DNA of 64,000 bases, taken from contig JASFYO010000021.1 in the NCBI GenBank assembly GCA_045047305.1, forward strand, positions 32,001 through 96,000, given 5' to 3'. The notes under the pieces are model-generated. The model was not told where the DNA came from, did no database searches, and was given only the letters and a program-made list of their open reading frames with translations. Positions 9,955-19,161 of the stretch are shown in pieces. Made by a program: the position numbers and the translations under genes. The DNA is from Planctomycetota bacterium. Its GTDB lineage: Bacteria > Planctomycetota > UBA1135. Position 1 is the stretch's first letter, and every line of letters starts with the position of its first letter.

Positions 9955-11420
9955 CGTCTTCTTCTCCAAAAAATCAAAAGGCCTAAAAGGAATGTCAAAC
10001 CTGGAAACACAAAGATACTGATGTTCTGAATGCGTGCCATGACTGCGCGTTCGGGACGGAATGGTAATTCACCAAGCCCAACCAAGCCACGCTCAGCTTC
10101 ATCATGACCGGAAAGCCAGATTAAGGCTCCAGCCAAAAGTTCGCGGTTGTAAAGGATGTCGGAGCGAATGCTTTCGGCAGAGCCTAGCACCACAATACGT
10201 CCGTGGAGATTATTTTCTCCAGGTGTCCATCGCTCTGCCGCAACAGCCAAAGGAACTACCCCTCGTTTCTCCCCGGGGTCCATTTCAAATAAGTTTTTCC
10301 GTGGATCTTCAATCCAGGCCAGGGATCCACTCCGAATAAGACGTTCTTGGGTGTAATCATTAGTTCCGCTGGCAAATTTAACTGGGCGTGCCCCCCGAAA
10401 TAGCAAGAAACGCGAAGCCTCAATGAGAGGAACGGTGATGGAATGCTGCGGGCTTAATTGTTCTTGTTTTATTTCAAGAAAAGCACAATCGCTACGGCCA
10501 GTAACAAAACCACCCTGAATGCGTAATGGTTCACACACAAGCCCCTCTCCAAAACCAGTTCCATGATCTCGCAACAGATCATTCCAGAAGGAAATCACAG
10601 GTGGCGGTGCGTTGGGACCTAGGGCGAGCAGAACCGGTTTATCCGCCGCGACCCAAGCCTCCATCGCGGCGGCATCTGAGGGTAGAAAAGGTCTGCGTTG
10701 GCCGGGAATGATGATGAGGTCTGCATCCTTGGCATCCTGCGGCCCTTCTATAGGAAAAACGTCCCAGTTTTCACGTTGCAGTTGCATGCGCAACTCGAGT
10801 AACTCATCGGCATCATCCAGAGAACCTTGGCCATATCCGACTAAGACAGCTGCTTTGGGGGTATCTCCTGCAGCGAGGGCAACTGAGGCATCGCCCAGGG
10901 CAGATTCCACGCGTTCTTTGAGTATGCGGGCTGGAGCACCCTCAGGGGTTGCGCGTAGAATTTGGAACAAGTCCTCAAACGTAAGGACGCGTCGATCCCC
11001 GTTGGCTTCCAGGATTAAAGTCTCTCCGGGTTGCCGATCGAGGCGTTTTATTTCACGATCAATGGCGACCAGGGGGCTGGATTCGTCCAAGATAAGTGTG
11101 GTAATTTTACCGCCACTGCGCACCGCAGTGTCTTCGGTCAGACTACGCAATAAGACAAACGCCTGCGCATATACGGTGGAGCCAAATTTTTGGATATCTG
11201 GATCTTCAGGAAAAAGAAAAGCTGAAAGGGTGCTTCCTTGCGGCAATGCCTGCAAGGCTTCGGTTGTGCGATCACTGAGGCCTTGATCTTGAGCAGTGGT
11301 CCAATCCCAACGAACACGCAAGCCGGGGCGTGAAAATGTATAAAGGAGGAAGCCCGTAAAGGCAACCGCGCACAAACCAGCAAAGATGGTGAGCATGCCT
11401 AAACGAAGGCGCCGGCTCAT
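9951..11420 (-). CDS. GldG-like ABC-associated periplasmic component
   Basis: DWT....LSDRTTEALQAL, GYGQG, HSITVPL, RIVVLGS and a C-terminal TM ending WRRRR; ATGA coupling. Confidence 0.8.
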   Translation of the reverse strand: MSRRLRLGMLTIFAGLCAVAFTGFLLYTFSRPGLRVRWDWTTAQDQGLSDRTTEALQALPQGSTLSAFLFPEDPDIQKFGSTVYAQAFVLLRSLTEDTAVRSGGKITTLILDESSPLVAIDREIKRLDRQPGETLILEANGDRRVLTFEDLFQILRATPEGAPARILKERVESALGDASVALAAGDTPKAAVLVGYGQGSLDDADELLELRMQLQRENWDVFPIEGPQDAKDADLIIIPGQRRPFLPSDAAAMEAWVAADKPVLLALGPNAPPPVISFWNDLLRDHGTGFGEGLVCEPLRIQGGFVTGRSDCAFLEIKQEQLSPQHSITVPLIEASRFLLFRGARPVKFASGTNDYTQERLIRSGSLAWIEDPRKNLFEMDPGEKRGVVPLAVAAERWTPGENNLHGRIVVLGSAESIRSDILYNRELLAGALIWLSGHDEAERGLVGLGELPFRPERAVMARIQNISIFVFPGLTFLLGLLIFWRRRR

Positions 11421-12160
11421 GGGACCCACCTCCTGGACACCAGTCGGACCCAGGTTAGGAATAGGAATAGTGTGGACATTCCAAACAGATATACCAATGC
11501 ATAACTGTCGATGAGCCCAGCTGAGAAACTACGGTCGAGAAAGTTTGGCAGATGGGTTAAACGTGCAATGTTTCCGAGTGCACCCTCTTTGTGCTCGAAT
11601 AAGGCAGGTACGAATAGAAGCATGTAGTTGAGTGCGGCTCCACCCCCAGCTGCCAAAACAAGATTGCTTCCCCATGAACTAGCCCAGAGCCCTGTAGCCA
11701 AAAACAAAAAACTTACCAGCATGGCACCAAGTAATCCGCCCCAAATCCGTGCCCAATCCATGTTTGCACCGTGCCATGAAAGCAACAAGAAAAGCAAAAG
11801 GACTCCTCCCCAAAACAAAAGGAAGAACATGCAGGCTGCAAAATACTTAGCTAGGACTACCGCTCCATCGCGAATGGGAGCAGTAAGCAATGGCTCTAAG
11901 GTGCCGACACGATGTTCTTCGGCAAACAAACGGATGCATAAGAGGGGCGGGAAGGCTGGGAGCAATAGCCACACCAACATGCCGCTACCAAGCAGATAGG
12001 GCGGCAGCAGACCAAGGTCATTTTGGACGGCCTGAGTTTCGATCGTGACACTAAACATCAACCCATTCAGTAAAAACCAGAATCCCAAAAGCACAAACAC
12101 AAATGGGGAAACCATGAGTGAGAACACTTCCTTTCTCCATAAGGCGCAGAAAGCATTCAT
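11417..12160 (-). CDS. ABC-2 type permease (GldF-like)
   Basis: RKEV..L..SP, RLFAEEHRVGTLEPLLTAP, VVLAKY; about six TM segments. Confidence 0.88.
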   Translation of the reverse strand: MNAFCALWRKEVFSLMVSPFVFVLLGFWFLLNGLMFSVTIETQAVQNDLGLLPPYLLGSGMLVWLLLPAFPPLLCIRLFAEEHRVGTLEPLLTAPIRDGAVVLAKYFAACMFFLLFWGGVLLLFLLLSWHGANMDWARIWGGLLGAMLVSFLFLATGLWASSWGSNLVLAAGGGAALNYMLLFVPALFEHKEGALGNIARLTHLPNFLDRSFSAGLIDSYALVYLFGMSTLFLFLTWVRLVSRRWVP

Positions 12161-13089
12161 GCGGGATCCCCCTCGACTAAGGAACGGAAAAGTTGGTCTA
12201 AGTCTGGGCGGATTTCGCGGAATTCTAAAACAGGGTACCCTTCTTTCCCGAGCCAACGAAACACAGAAGGACGCATATCAGGGGCTTGGAAACGTAGCTC
12301 AAACGTGGTTTCAGAGTTGCGTATAAGGCTGAATTGGAATTGTGATGCCACGGCCCTGAGACGAGCTTCTGCATGGGCAAAGCCGGGCTCCAACTGAATC
12401 AAAACGATGGCACCTTTTTGCATTTTCTGGTGGAGCTCTTGCAAAGTCCCAACGGCGCGCGAATAGCCGTGATTCAGAATTAGAACTCTGGTCGCAATCT
12501 CTTCTACTTCAGGGAGGACGTGACTACTGAATAGTATTGCTTTGCCTAGCGAGGAGAGCCCAATGAGAATATCGCGAAACTCTTGGCGCTGGATTGGATC
12601 CAGTCCTGTAAAGGGTTCATCCAAAAGAACCGCAGGAGGGTTGGCGAGCAATACATCGGCTAATCCAACTCGTTGGCGGAACCCTTTTGAAAGGGATGCA
12701 AAAGTTTGTCGCATGCGTGGTGCAAGTCCTAATCTTTTCACGATTTCGGCAATGGAATTTCTGGCCTCGGTGCGCTTAAGACCTTTGAGGCGGGCGCGAA
12801 ACATGAGGTATTCGATAACCCGCATCTCTGAGGGTGCGACAAAGTTTTCTGGCAAATATCCCGTACTACTTCGTGCGCCCAAAGAATCTTGAGCCAAGTC
12901 TTTACCGTCAATGCTGCATTTCCCAGAAGTTGCTGGCAAATACCCGCTCAGAATGCGCAGAGTGGTGGTTTTACCCGCGCCATTGGGGCCCAAAAAACCG
13001 AGGATCTCTCCTGGCTTGACTTCCAAATCTAAATCCACCAGTGCGACATGGTTGCCGTACTTTTTGGTGAGTTTTTGGGTGAGAATCAT
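12157..13089 (-). CDS. ABC transporter ATP-binding protein (GldA-like)
   Basis: GPNGAGKTT, LSKGFRQR, LLDEP, SSH; alternative start at 13125. Confidence 0.93.
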   Translation of the reverse strand: MILTQKLTKKYGNHVALVDLDLEVKPGEILGFLGPNGAGKTTTLRILSGYLPATSGKCSIDGKDLAQDSLGARSSTGYLPENFVAPSEMRVIEYLMFRARLKGLKRTEARNSIAEIVKRLGLAPRMRQTFASLSKGFRQRVGLADVLLANPPAVLLDEPFTGLDPIQRQEFRDILIGLSSLGKAILFSSHVLPEVEEIATRVLILNHGYSRAVGTLQELHQKMQKGAIVLIQLEPGFAHAEARLRAVASQFQFSLIRNSETTFELRFQAPDMRPSVFRWLGKEGYPVLEFREIRPDLDQLFRSLVEGDPA

Positions 13090-13183
13090 GCTCGCGGTAG
13101 TGTGCAAAAAGGATGCCGAAGCCATAGGTTACGTGACCCGCCTTACATTTCCCATAGAGTACATTTTGTGCGAATTCGCGCAT

Positions 13184-13224
13184 AAAAGAAGAAGGGCTGT
13201 CAGGAGCGAACTCCTGACAGCCCT
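13184..13224 (-). terminator. Rho-independent terminator of dnaK
   Basis: Perfect 14-bp stem AGGGCTGTCAGGAG/CTCCTGACAGCCCT with a TTCG loop on the minus strand, followed by TCTTCTTTT. Confidence 0.9.
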
Positions 13225-13240
13225 ATGGGACGACGCAAGC

Positions 13241-15133
13241 CTAGTTTTTGACTTCGAAGTCAGCGTCGACTACGTCTTCCGAGTTGTCTTCTGCTTGAGG
13301 AGCCTCGCCACCAGTCTGAGCGCCGGCACCTTCGCCACCATCCGCGTAGAGCTTTTGCGCTACGGCTTGCATGGCAGTATTTAGCTCCTCCACCTTGGTC
13401 TCGACAAGAGCCATGTCCTCGCTTTTGAGGGCCTCCTCTAGAGCTTCGATTTTGGCCTGGACATCTTCTTTTTCAGAAGCATCTAGCTTTTCACCTTGCT
13501 CCTTTATTAGCTTTTGTGCCTGCCATACGGTTTGATCCGCAAGATTACGCTTCTCGACTAGCCCCTTGGTAGCTTCGTCCTGCTCTTTGAACTTCTCGGC
13601 ATCATCTTGCATCCGTTGGATGTCATCCTCGGACAGCCCCGAAGACTGCTCAATCCGTACTTTGTGTTCTTTGCCAGTAGCTTTGTCCACAGCATGAACA
13701 TGCAGAATGCCGTTGGTGTCAATGTCGAATTCGACTTCGATTTGAGGGACACCGCGTGGGGCTGCAGGAATACCGTCGAGGGTGAAACGATCAAGGGTGC
13801 GGTTGTCGACAGCCATCGGGCGTTCGCCCTGCATGACATGGACTTCTACTTTTGGCTGGTTATCAGCCGCAGTGGAGAACACTTCTTTTTTGGTGGTCGG
13901 AATCGTGGTGTTCCGCTCAATCAAAGTGGTCATCACGCCGCCCATGGTTTCAATTCCAAGACTGAGTGGAGTCACGTCGAGAAGTACGAGGTCTTCTACA
14001 TCGCCCGATAGCACACCACCCTGGATGGATGCTCCCATGGCAACCACTTCGTCTGGGTTCATGCTGCGGTTTGGCTCTTGTGCAAAGACTTCCTTCACCA
14101 CTTCTTGCACCATGGGAATGCGGGTGGAACCGCCTACCAAAAGCACCTCACTGATTTCAGTCGGCTTGAGGCCGGCATCAGAAAGAGCCTGTTGACATGG
14201 AGTCTTGCAGCGCTCAAACAAATCGGCGCAGAGGTTTTCAAACTTAGCCCGAGTCAGGTTCACCATGAGGTGCTTAGGACCGGTTGCATCAGCAGTGATG
14301 AAAGGCAGGTTGATTTGCGTTTCGGTGCCAGAACTCAGTTCACACTTGGCTTTCTCACAACCTTCCTTGAGGCGTTGCAAGGCCATTTTGTCATCCCGCA
14401 GGTCAATGCCATTCTCGGACTTAAACTCGTCAGCAACCCAGTTAATGAGGATCTGATCGAAGTCATCGCCACCTAGCTGAGTGTCACCAGAAGTAGAAAG
14501 TACCTCAAAAACTCCATCACCGATATCGAGGATGGAGACATCGAAGGTGCCACCACCGAGGTCGAAAACAGCAATCTTGCCGTTTTTCTTCTTGTCCATA
14601 CCGAATGCAATTGCTGCAGCAGTAGGCTCGTTAATGATACGCTCGACCTCAAGGCCCGCAATCTTGCCAGCATCTTTGGTGGCCTGACGTTGTGCATCGT
14701 TGAAGTAAGCCGGGACGGTGATGACCGCCTTTTCGACCTTTCCGCCAAGATAATCCTCAGCACATTCCTTGAGATATCCAAGAATGTAAGAGCTGATTTC
14801 AGGTGCAGAGTATTCCTTATCACCCACTTTCACCTTTACGATTTCATTGGGTTTACCAACGACATCGTATGGCACCAATTTCTCATCACTACTGACTTCC
14901 TCATGACGACGGCCCATAAACCGTTTGATGGAGAAGATTGTGCGTGTTGGGTTGGTGACCGCTTGACGCTTGGCAGGACCGCCGACCAAGCGCTGGCCAT
15001 TGTCCTGAAACGCCACCACGGAGGGAGTGGTACGCCCACCCTCTTTGTTCGGGATGACCTTGGTCTCCCCACCTTCCAAAACAGATACGACGGAGTTCGT
15101 CGTTCCCAAGTCGATTCCAATGATTTTTGCCAT
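13241..15133 (-). CDS. dnaK: Chaperone DnaK (Hsp70)
   Basis: [38 protein letters not shown]-terminal DADFE; start at MAKIIG. Confidence 0.99.
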   Translation of the reverse strand: MAKIIGIDLGTTNSVVSVLEGGETKVIPNKEGGRTTPSVVAFQDNGQRLVGGPAKRQAVTNPTRTIFSIKRFMGRRHEEVSSDEKLVPYDVVGKPNEIVKVKVGDKEYSAPEISSYILGYLKECAEDYLGGKVEKAVITVPAYFNDAQRQATKDAGKIAGLEVERIINEPTAAAIAFGMDKKKNGKIAVFDLGGGTFDVSILDIGDGVFEVLSTSGDTQLGGDDFDQILINWVADEFKSENGIDLRDDKMALQRLKEGCEKAKCELSSGTETQINLPFITADATGPKHLMVNLTRAKFENLCADLFERCKTPCQQALSDAGLKPTEISEVLLVGGSTRIPMVQEVVKEVFAQEPNRSMNPDEVVAMGASIQGGVLSGDVEDLVLLDVTPLSLGIETMGGVMTTLIERNTTIPTTKKEVFSTAADNQPKVEVHVMQGERPMAVDNRTLDRFTLDGIPAAPRGVPQIEVEFDIDTNGILHVHAVDKATGKEHKVRIEQSSGLSEDDIQRMQDDAEKFKEQDEATKGLVEKRNLADQTVWQAQKLIKEQGEKLDASEKEDVQAKIEALEEALKSEDMALVETKVEELNTAMQAVAQKLYADGGEGAGAQTGGEAPQAEDNSEDVVDADFEVKN

Positions 15134-15169
15134 TTCTTTACCAGGGGATGCCCCCTGGAGCTCTAGGTG

Positions 15170-15184
15170 GCAATTGCTGTGCCA
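15170..15184 (-). promoter_or_regulatory. Sigma-54 (RpoN) -24/-12 promoter upstream of dnaK
   Basis: Minus strand TGGCACAGCAATTGC matches TGGCAC-N5-TTGC (GG-N10-GC), 36 nt upstream of the dnaK ATG. Confidence 0.8.
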
Positions 15185-15192
15185 GGAATAGA

Positions 15193-15207
15193 CTGCCAAT
15201 CTGACAG
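15193..15207. promoter_or_regulatory. Imperfect inverted repeat (putative operator) next to the dnaK sigma-54 promoter
   Basis: CTGCCA-ATC-TGACAG (one mismatch), 8 nt upstream of the -24 element. Confidence 0.5.
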
Positions 15208-15219
15208 CCACCGCGTAAC

Positions 15220-16662
15220 CTATTCGGCCTGGAACCCTTTCAGCTTGCGGTACAGAGTTCGCTCACCAATCCCGAGTTGTTTCGCGGCTTTTTGGCGGTT
15301 TCCATCCATGGACTCTAGGGTGCCAAGAATCATGTCCCGCTCGACCTCCTCAAGCGACTTCCCAATGGGTGGGTAGCTCGGGCCGGTAGATGCAGGTGGC
15401 GCATTGATTTCCTCGTCAACTGGGCAAGATTTAGGTGCGCCAATAGGAAGCGATACTTCGGCCTCGATTAGCGGTGGTCTTGGTTTTAAATCTCGCAGAT
15501 TGAGCGGAAGGTCTTCTACTCCTAAGCAGCCATCGGTGTCGAGAACCACCATGGTTTCCACAGCATTGCGTAGCTCGCGGACATTGCCCGGCCAGGTATG
15601 GGCACGGAGCACACGCAAAAGATCCTCCGAAATCGCGGGAATGGATTTGCCATGACGCTCGGAGAATTCATGCAGGAAATGGTCCACCAGCAAGGGCAAA
15701 TCTTCCAACCGTTCCCTTAAAGGAGGCATGTCAATTTCAACCACGGCAAGGCGGTAATAAAGGTCTTCACGGAATTCACCGGCTTCGATTCTTTGTCTCA
15801 GATTTCGGTTGGTCGCAGCAATGATGCGGACGTCAATCGGGCGCGCATCATTGGCCCCAACCGGAACGACTTCACGACTTTCTAAAACGCGCAAAAGTTT
15901 CGCTTGGGTCGATAGCGGCATATCGCCGATTTCATCAAGAAAGATGGTCCCCCCATCCGCAAATTCAAACTTACCTTGCTTGGATTCATGGGCGCCAGTG
16001 AAGGAACCTTTAGTATGTCCAAACAATTCACTTTCAATCAAACTTTCGGTTAATGCCGCGCAATTCACCGCTACGAATCGGCGCTTATTGCGTTCCGACA
16101 AGCGATGCAGTGCACTTGCAACTAATTCCTTGCCAGTGCCGGAATCGCCAAGCACCAGTACCGTTGCATTGGTTGGACCGACTTGGCGCACCAAGTCAAA
16201 GACTCGTGTCATGGCAGGTGCATTGCCAATCATGCCTTCCAGACCAAATCGGCGGTTCAGGGCCTTGCGCAGCTGTTGATTGTCCTCGGTAAGGCGCTGT
16301 TTCTCTAATTCTCGATCCACTCGGGTGCGCAATTCTGCAAGATTAACAGGTTTGGTGAGGTAGTCTGCAGCCCCTTCCTGCATGGCCTGTACTGCGGTCT
16401 CAACCGTGCCATAACCCGTGATCAGAAACACCGAAACCTCGGGACGACGTTCACGGATTGCGCGTAATAAATCCAAACCATTTCCATCGCCAAGCATGAG
16501 GTCGGTGAGGACGACGTCGTATTTGCGAATGGGGAACCGATCCATCGCGGCTTGGAAGTGATCCGCAATTTCAACTATGTGGCCATCACGTTCCAAAGCC
16601 ATTTGCATGGCTTCAGCATGATTCCGGTCATCGTCGACCACCAACAGTCGAGCACTAGCCAT
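15220..16662 (-). CDS. Sigma-54-dependent response regulator (NtrC family: REC-AAA+-Fis HTH)
   Basis: VVDDD/TDL/KP receiver, [48 protein letters not shown]. Confidence 0.95.
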   Translation of the reverse strand: MASARLLVVDDDRNHAEAMQMALERDGHIVEIADHFQAAMDRFPIRKYDVVLTDLMLGDGNGLDLLRAIRERRPEVSVFLITGYGTVETAVQAMQEGAADYLTKPVNLAELRTRVDRELEKQRLTEDNQQLRKALNRRFGLEGMIGNAPAMTRVFDLVRQVGPTNATVLVLGDSGTGKELVASALHRLSERNKRRFVAVNCAALTESLIESELFGHTKGSFTGAHESKQGKFEFADGGTIFLDEIGDMPLSTQAKLLRVLESREVVPVGANDARPIDVRIIAATNRNLRQRIEAGEFREDLYYRLAVVEIDMPPLRERLEDLPLLVDHFLHEFSERHGKSIPAISEDLLRVLRAHTWPGNVRELRNAVETMVVLDTDGCLGVEDLPLNLRDLKPRPPLIEAEVSLPIGAPKSCPVDEEINAPPASTGPSYPPIGKSLEEVERDMILGTLESMDGNRQKAAKQLGIGERTLYRKLKGFQAE

Positions 16663-17383
16663 AATTAGGAGATGCTTCCAAGGGGAGTGCCATGCTGACT
16701 CGGGTTCCATTGCCGGGAGAACTTTCAATTGAAAGCGTGCCACCATGGGCCCCCACAATGCGCCGCACGGTCGCCATACCGAGGCCAGACCCACCTTTCT
16801 TCGTGGAGTAGTACACCTGGAGGCATTGCTTCAAGGTTTCTGCTTCCATGCCTGGGCCGTCATCCACGATTTCAACTATGGCACGCTCTCCTTCACGTCG
16901 AGTGATGAAGGTGATGGTGCCGTACCCACGCTCTTCCATAGCCTGCCGAGCATTGATAACCAAATTTAATAAGGCTTGCCGCATGCGACCGACATCGAGC
17001 ATGACCAAGGGCAAACTTAAATCCAAATAGGATTTGATTTGAATCCCAAGGCGTTGGGCCTCGGGTGTAGAAAATTGCACCACCTGTTCAATTTGCGCAT
17101 TGAGCGAAGCGAGACTGGCGTTTAAGGAATCGGTGCGTGCAAAACGCAGAAAGTCTTCCAGAATTCCGTTGAGTCGTAAGACTTCCGATTTCAAAATGCG
17201 TACGGTTTTGACCGTGCGTCGGGCCTTGATTCCATCCTCCGGCTCCCAATCCTCCTCCAGCAAAGCCAAGTGCAAGCTGATGGTGCTCAGAGGGTTTTTT
17301 AGCTCATGCGCAAGGCCGCCCGCAAGACGAGCAAGCGTTTGCGGGTCAAGGTCATGTGCACGTAAAGGTTGTTCCGAAGACAT
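16655..17383 (-). CDS. Histidine kinase (HisKA + HATPase) with no recognisable sensor or TM domain
   Basis: LAHELKNPL about 25 aa after the start; NLVINA, DDGPG and GSGLG boxes. Confidence 0.9.
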   Translation of the reverse strand: MSSEQPLRAHDLDPQTLARLAGGLAHELKNPLSTISLHLALLEEDWEPEDGIKARRTVKTVRILKSEVLRLNGILEDFLRFARTDSLNASLASLNAQIEQVVQFSTPEAQRLGIQIKSYLDLSLPLVMLDVGRMRQALLNLVINARQAMEERGYGTITFITRREGERAIVEIVDDGPGMEAETLKQCLQVYYSTKKGGSGLGMATVRRIVGAHGGTLSIESSPGNGTRVSMALPLEASPNYG

Positions 17384-17457
17384 AAGGGCTTCCAGCGGCC
17401 AATGCCGCACGACTAGGATACCTGCGCTGGCTCCCATCCCGACATTGTTTCCTCCCC

Positions 17458-18534
17458 GTGTCCGCAAACTCATTCGACCTTAATACGACTTCTGGCCAGG
17501 CCGATGCCGCCAAACGCCTTTGCGCAGGCGAAATCGTGGCTCTTCCAACCGACACGGTACCTGGATTGGCCATTCGAGCGGACCTCCCTCAAAGCGCGGA
17601 ACGCTTGGCGCGGATTAAAGGAAGTCCTCAAGGCCGCCCCTTTACGCTTCACTTGCCGCATATGCAAGCTATTCGGGAAATGGCGCCAACTTTGCCACCT
17701 GGATTGGCTGCATGGTTAAATACGCATTTGCCTCAAGGAGTGACGGCATTGTTACCCCGAAGGTGGGTCAATCTCGCAGACAGTATCGATTGGAAATGGA
17801 ATCATGTGGGATTCCGTTTACCGCAGCAGCCTGATTATCAGGCGGTGACTGAAATTTTAGATTTCCCGCTATTGATGACCAGCATCAATCCAAGCGGCCA
17901 ACCCTCCCTATTTGGCGAGGCTCTGAACCAATGGATCAGTTCGCATGGAGTGGCACACGCGACAGGATTGGCCCAAATTGGCGAGTGCGCCCCCTCAACC
18001 ATTATTTCCTTTGATCCGATGCCGAATGTTTTACGGGGGCAGGCTGCCACGGAAATGACTCTTCCTGGCAAACGAGTTCTGATTTTATGTAGCGGCAATA
18101 TTTGCCGTTCCCCAGTTGCAGAGCATCTATTGCGTGAACTACTGGCCAATACCTGGCAAGTGCCTCAGGAGCAACTTGCGGATTCCGGGTGGATGGTGGC
18201 CTCGGCTGGGACCTTTGCCATAGATGGTGGCACGGTAAGCCGACATTCCTATACCGTTGGCCAAGAAATCGGTTTGGATTTATCCGCACATCGGTCGCAA
18301 CATGTGGACCAGGCGCTGCAACAACCCTGGGACTTGATTCTAGGGATGGGGCCGAATCACCTTGCTGGCATGCCACCGGAACTGGCTTGTGAACTGTTCG
18401 ACCCTACCGGCCATGCTGTGCCGGATCCCTTTGGTGGGGAGCTTGCTGAATACGAAAACATGCGCAATCACCTCATGGTGGCGGCACGAAATCGAGTTGC
18501 TGCTTGGTCAGATTGGCCTCACGACCAGAGCTGA
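17458..18534 (+). CDS. Sua5/YrdC (TsaC)-like domain fused to a low-molecular-weight protein phosphatase
   Basis: ALPTDTVPGL, VGFRLP, TSINPSG, then CSGNICRS P-loop, SAGT and VPDPFGG; GTG start. Confidence 0.88.
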   Translation: MSANSFDLNTTSGQADAAKRLCAGEIVALPTDTVPGLAIRADLPQSAERLARIKGSPQGRPFTLHLPHMQAIREMAPTLPPGLAAWLNTHLPQGVTALLPRRWVNLADSIDWKWNHVGFRLPQQPDYQAVTEILDFPLLMTSINPSGQPSLFGEALNQWISSHGVAHATGLAQIGECAPSTIISFDPMPNVLRGQAATEMTLPGKRVLILCSGNICRSPVAEHLLRELLANTWQVPQEQLADSGWMVASAGTFAIDGGTVSRHSYTVGQEIGLDLSAHRSQHVDQALQQPWDLILGMGPNHLAGMPPELACELFDPTGHAVPDPFGGELAEYENMRNHLMVAARNRVAAWSDWPHDQS

Positions 18535-18968
18535 ACCACGTCCTCTGTGGAGGCCGCTTGGAGCAATTGATCGCGAAAGGAGACATCCCCAAGGCGCCGA
18601 GCGACCTCGGTAAGCGTTTGCAGGTGCATTAACTTTTCGTGCTTTGGCACCAAAATCATCACCACTATTTGCGCTGGTTTGTCATCCAGCGAGGCGAAAT
18701 CCAATCCATCGGGCAATAGGGCCATGCTGACGAACATCTGCTCTAAGCCCTCTACAGCCGCATGAGGCACTGCGATACCAGCCTCCATGCCAGTAGAAAC
18801 GCATTCCTCACGTGCAACCACACACTCTAAGCATAGGTTTCGAACCTCAGAGGAGAGATCCCATGCGGTGGCGAGGGCATCCACCATGGATTCTAATAGC
18901 TCCCATTTGTCGGACACCGGAGGTGCCAGAAGAATGGAGCCAGCGCGGAAATGGGTGGGGAAATCCAT
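18519..18968 (-). CDS. PTS EIIA domain protein (PtsN/fructose-mannitol type)
   Basis: ARE..STG..GIAVPHA (phospho-His), DFASLDDKP, HLQTL. Confidence 0.9.
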   Translation of the reverse strand: MDFPTHFRAGSILLAPPVSDKWELLESMVDALATAWDLSSEVRNLCLECVVAREECVSTGMEAGIAVPHAAVEGLEQMFVSMALLPDGLDFASLDDKPAQIVVMILVPKHEKLMHLQTLTEVARRLGDVSFRDQLLQAASTEDVVQLWS

Positions 18969-19161
18969 CAGTTAGGGCGTGCACAGCATATCTTCAGCCA
19001 AGCGCGTGCAACAGCGGCCAAGGAGGAAGATTTTCTTGGAAGGGAAGGAAGTTTGTCCACGTCGGAAAACGCAGTCCGTAATGCTTTGAGCCGAGCTACC
19101 ACAACGACTAGACTCTGCTCTACCCGGCGCCCACCGCGCCCCCACCTCATTCTAAGAGCGC

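Noticed and set aside
13607..15166. Series of long plus-strand ORFs opposite dnaK
   Set aside because: Well-known antisense shadow of Hsp70 codon bias; no independent signals
18986..19000. GG-N10-GC motif upstream of the EIIA gene
   Set aside because: Poor match outside GG/GC (TGGCTG...ATGC) and would leave almost no leader
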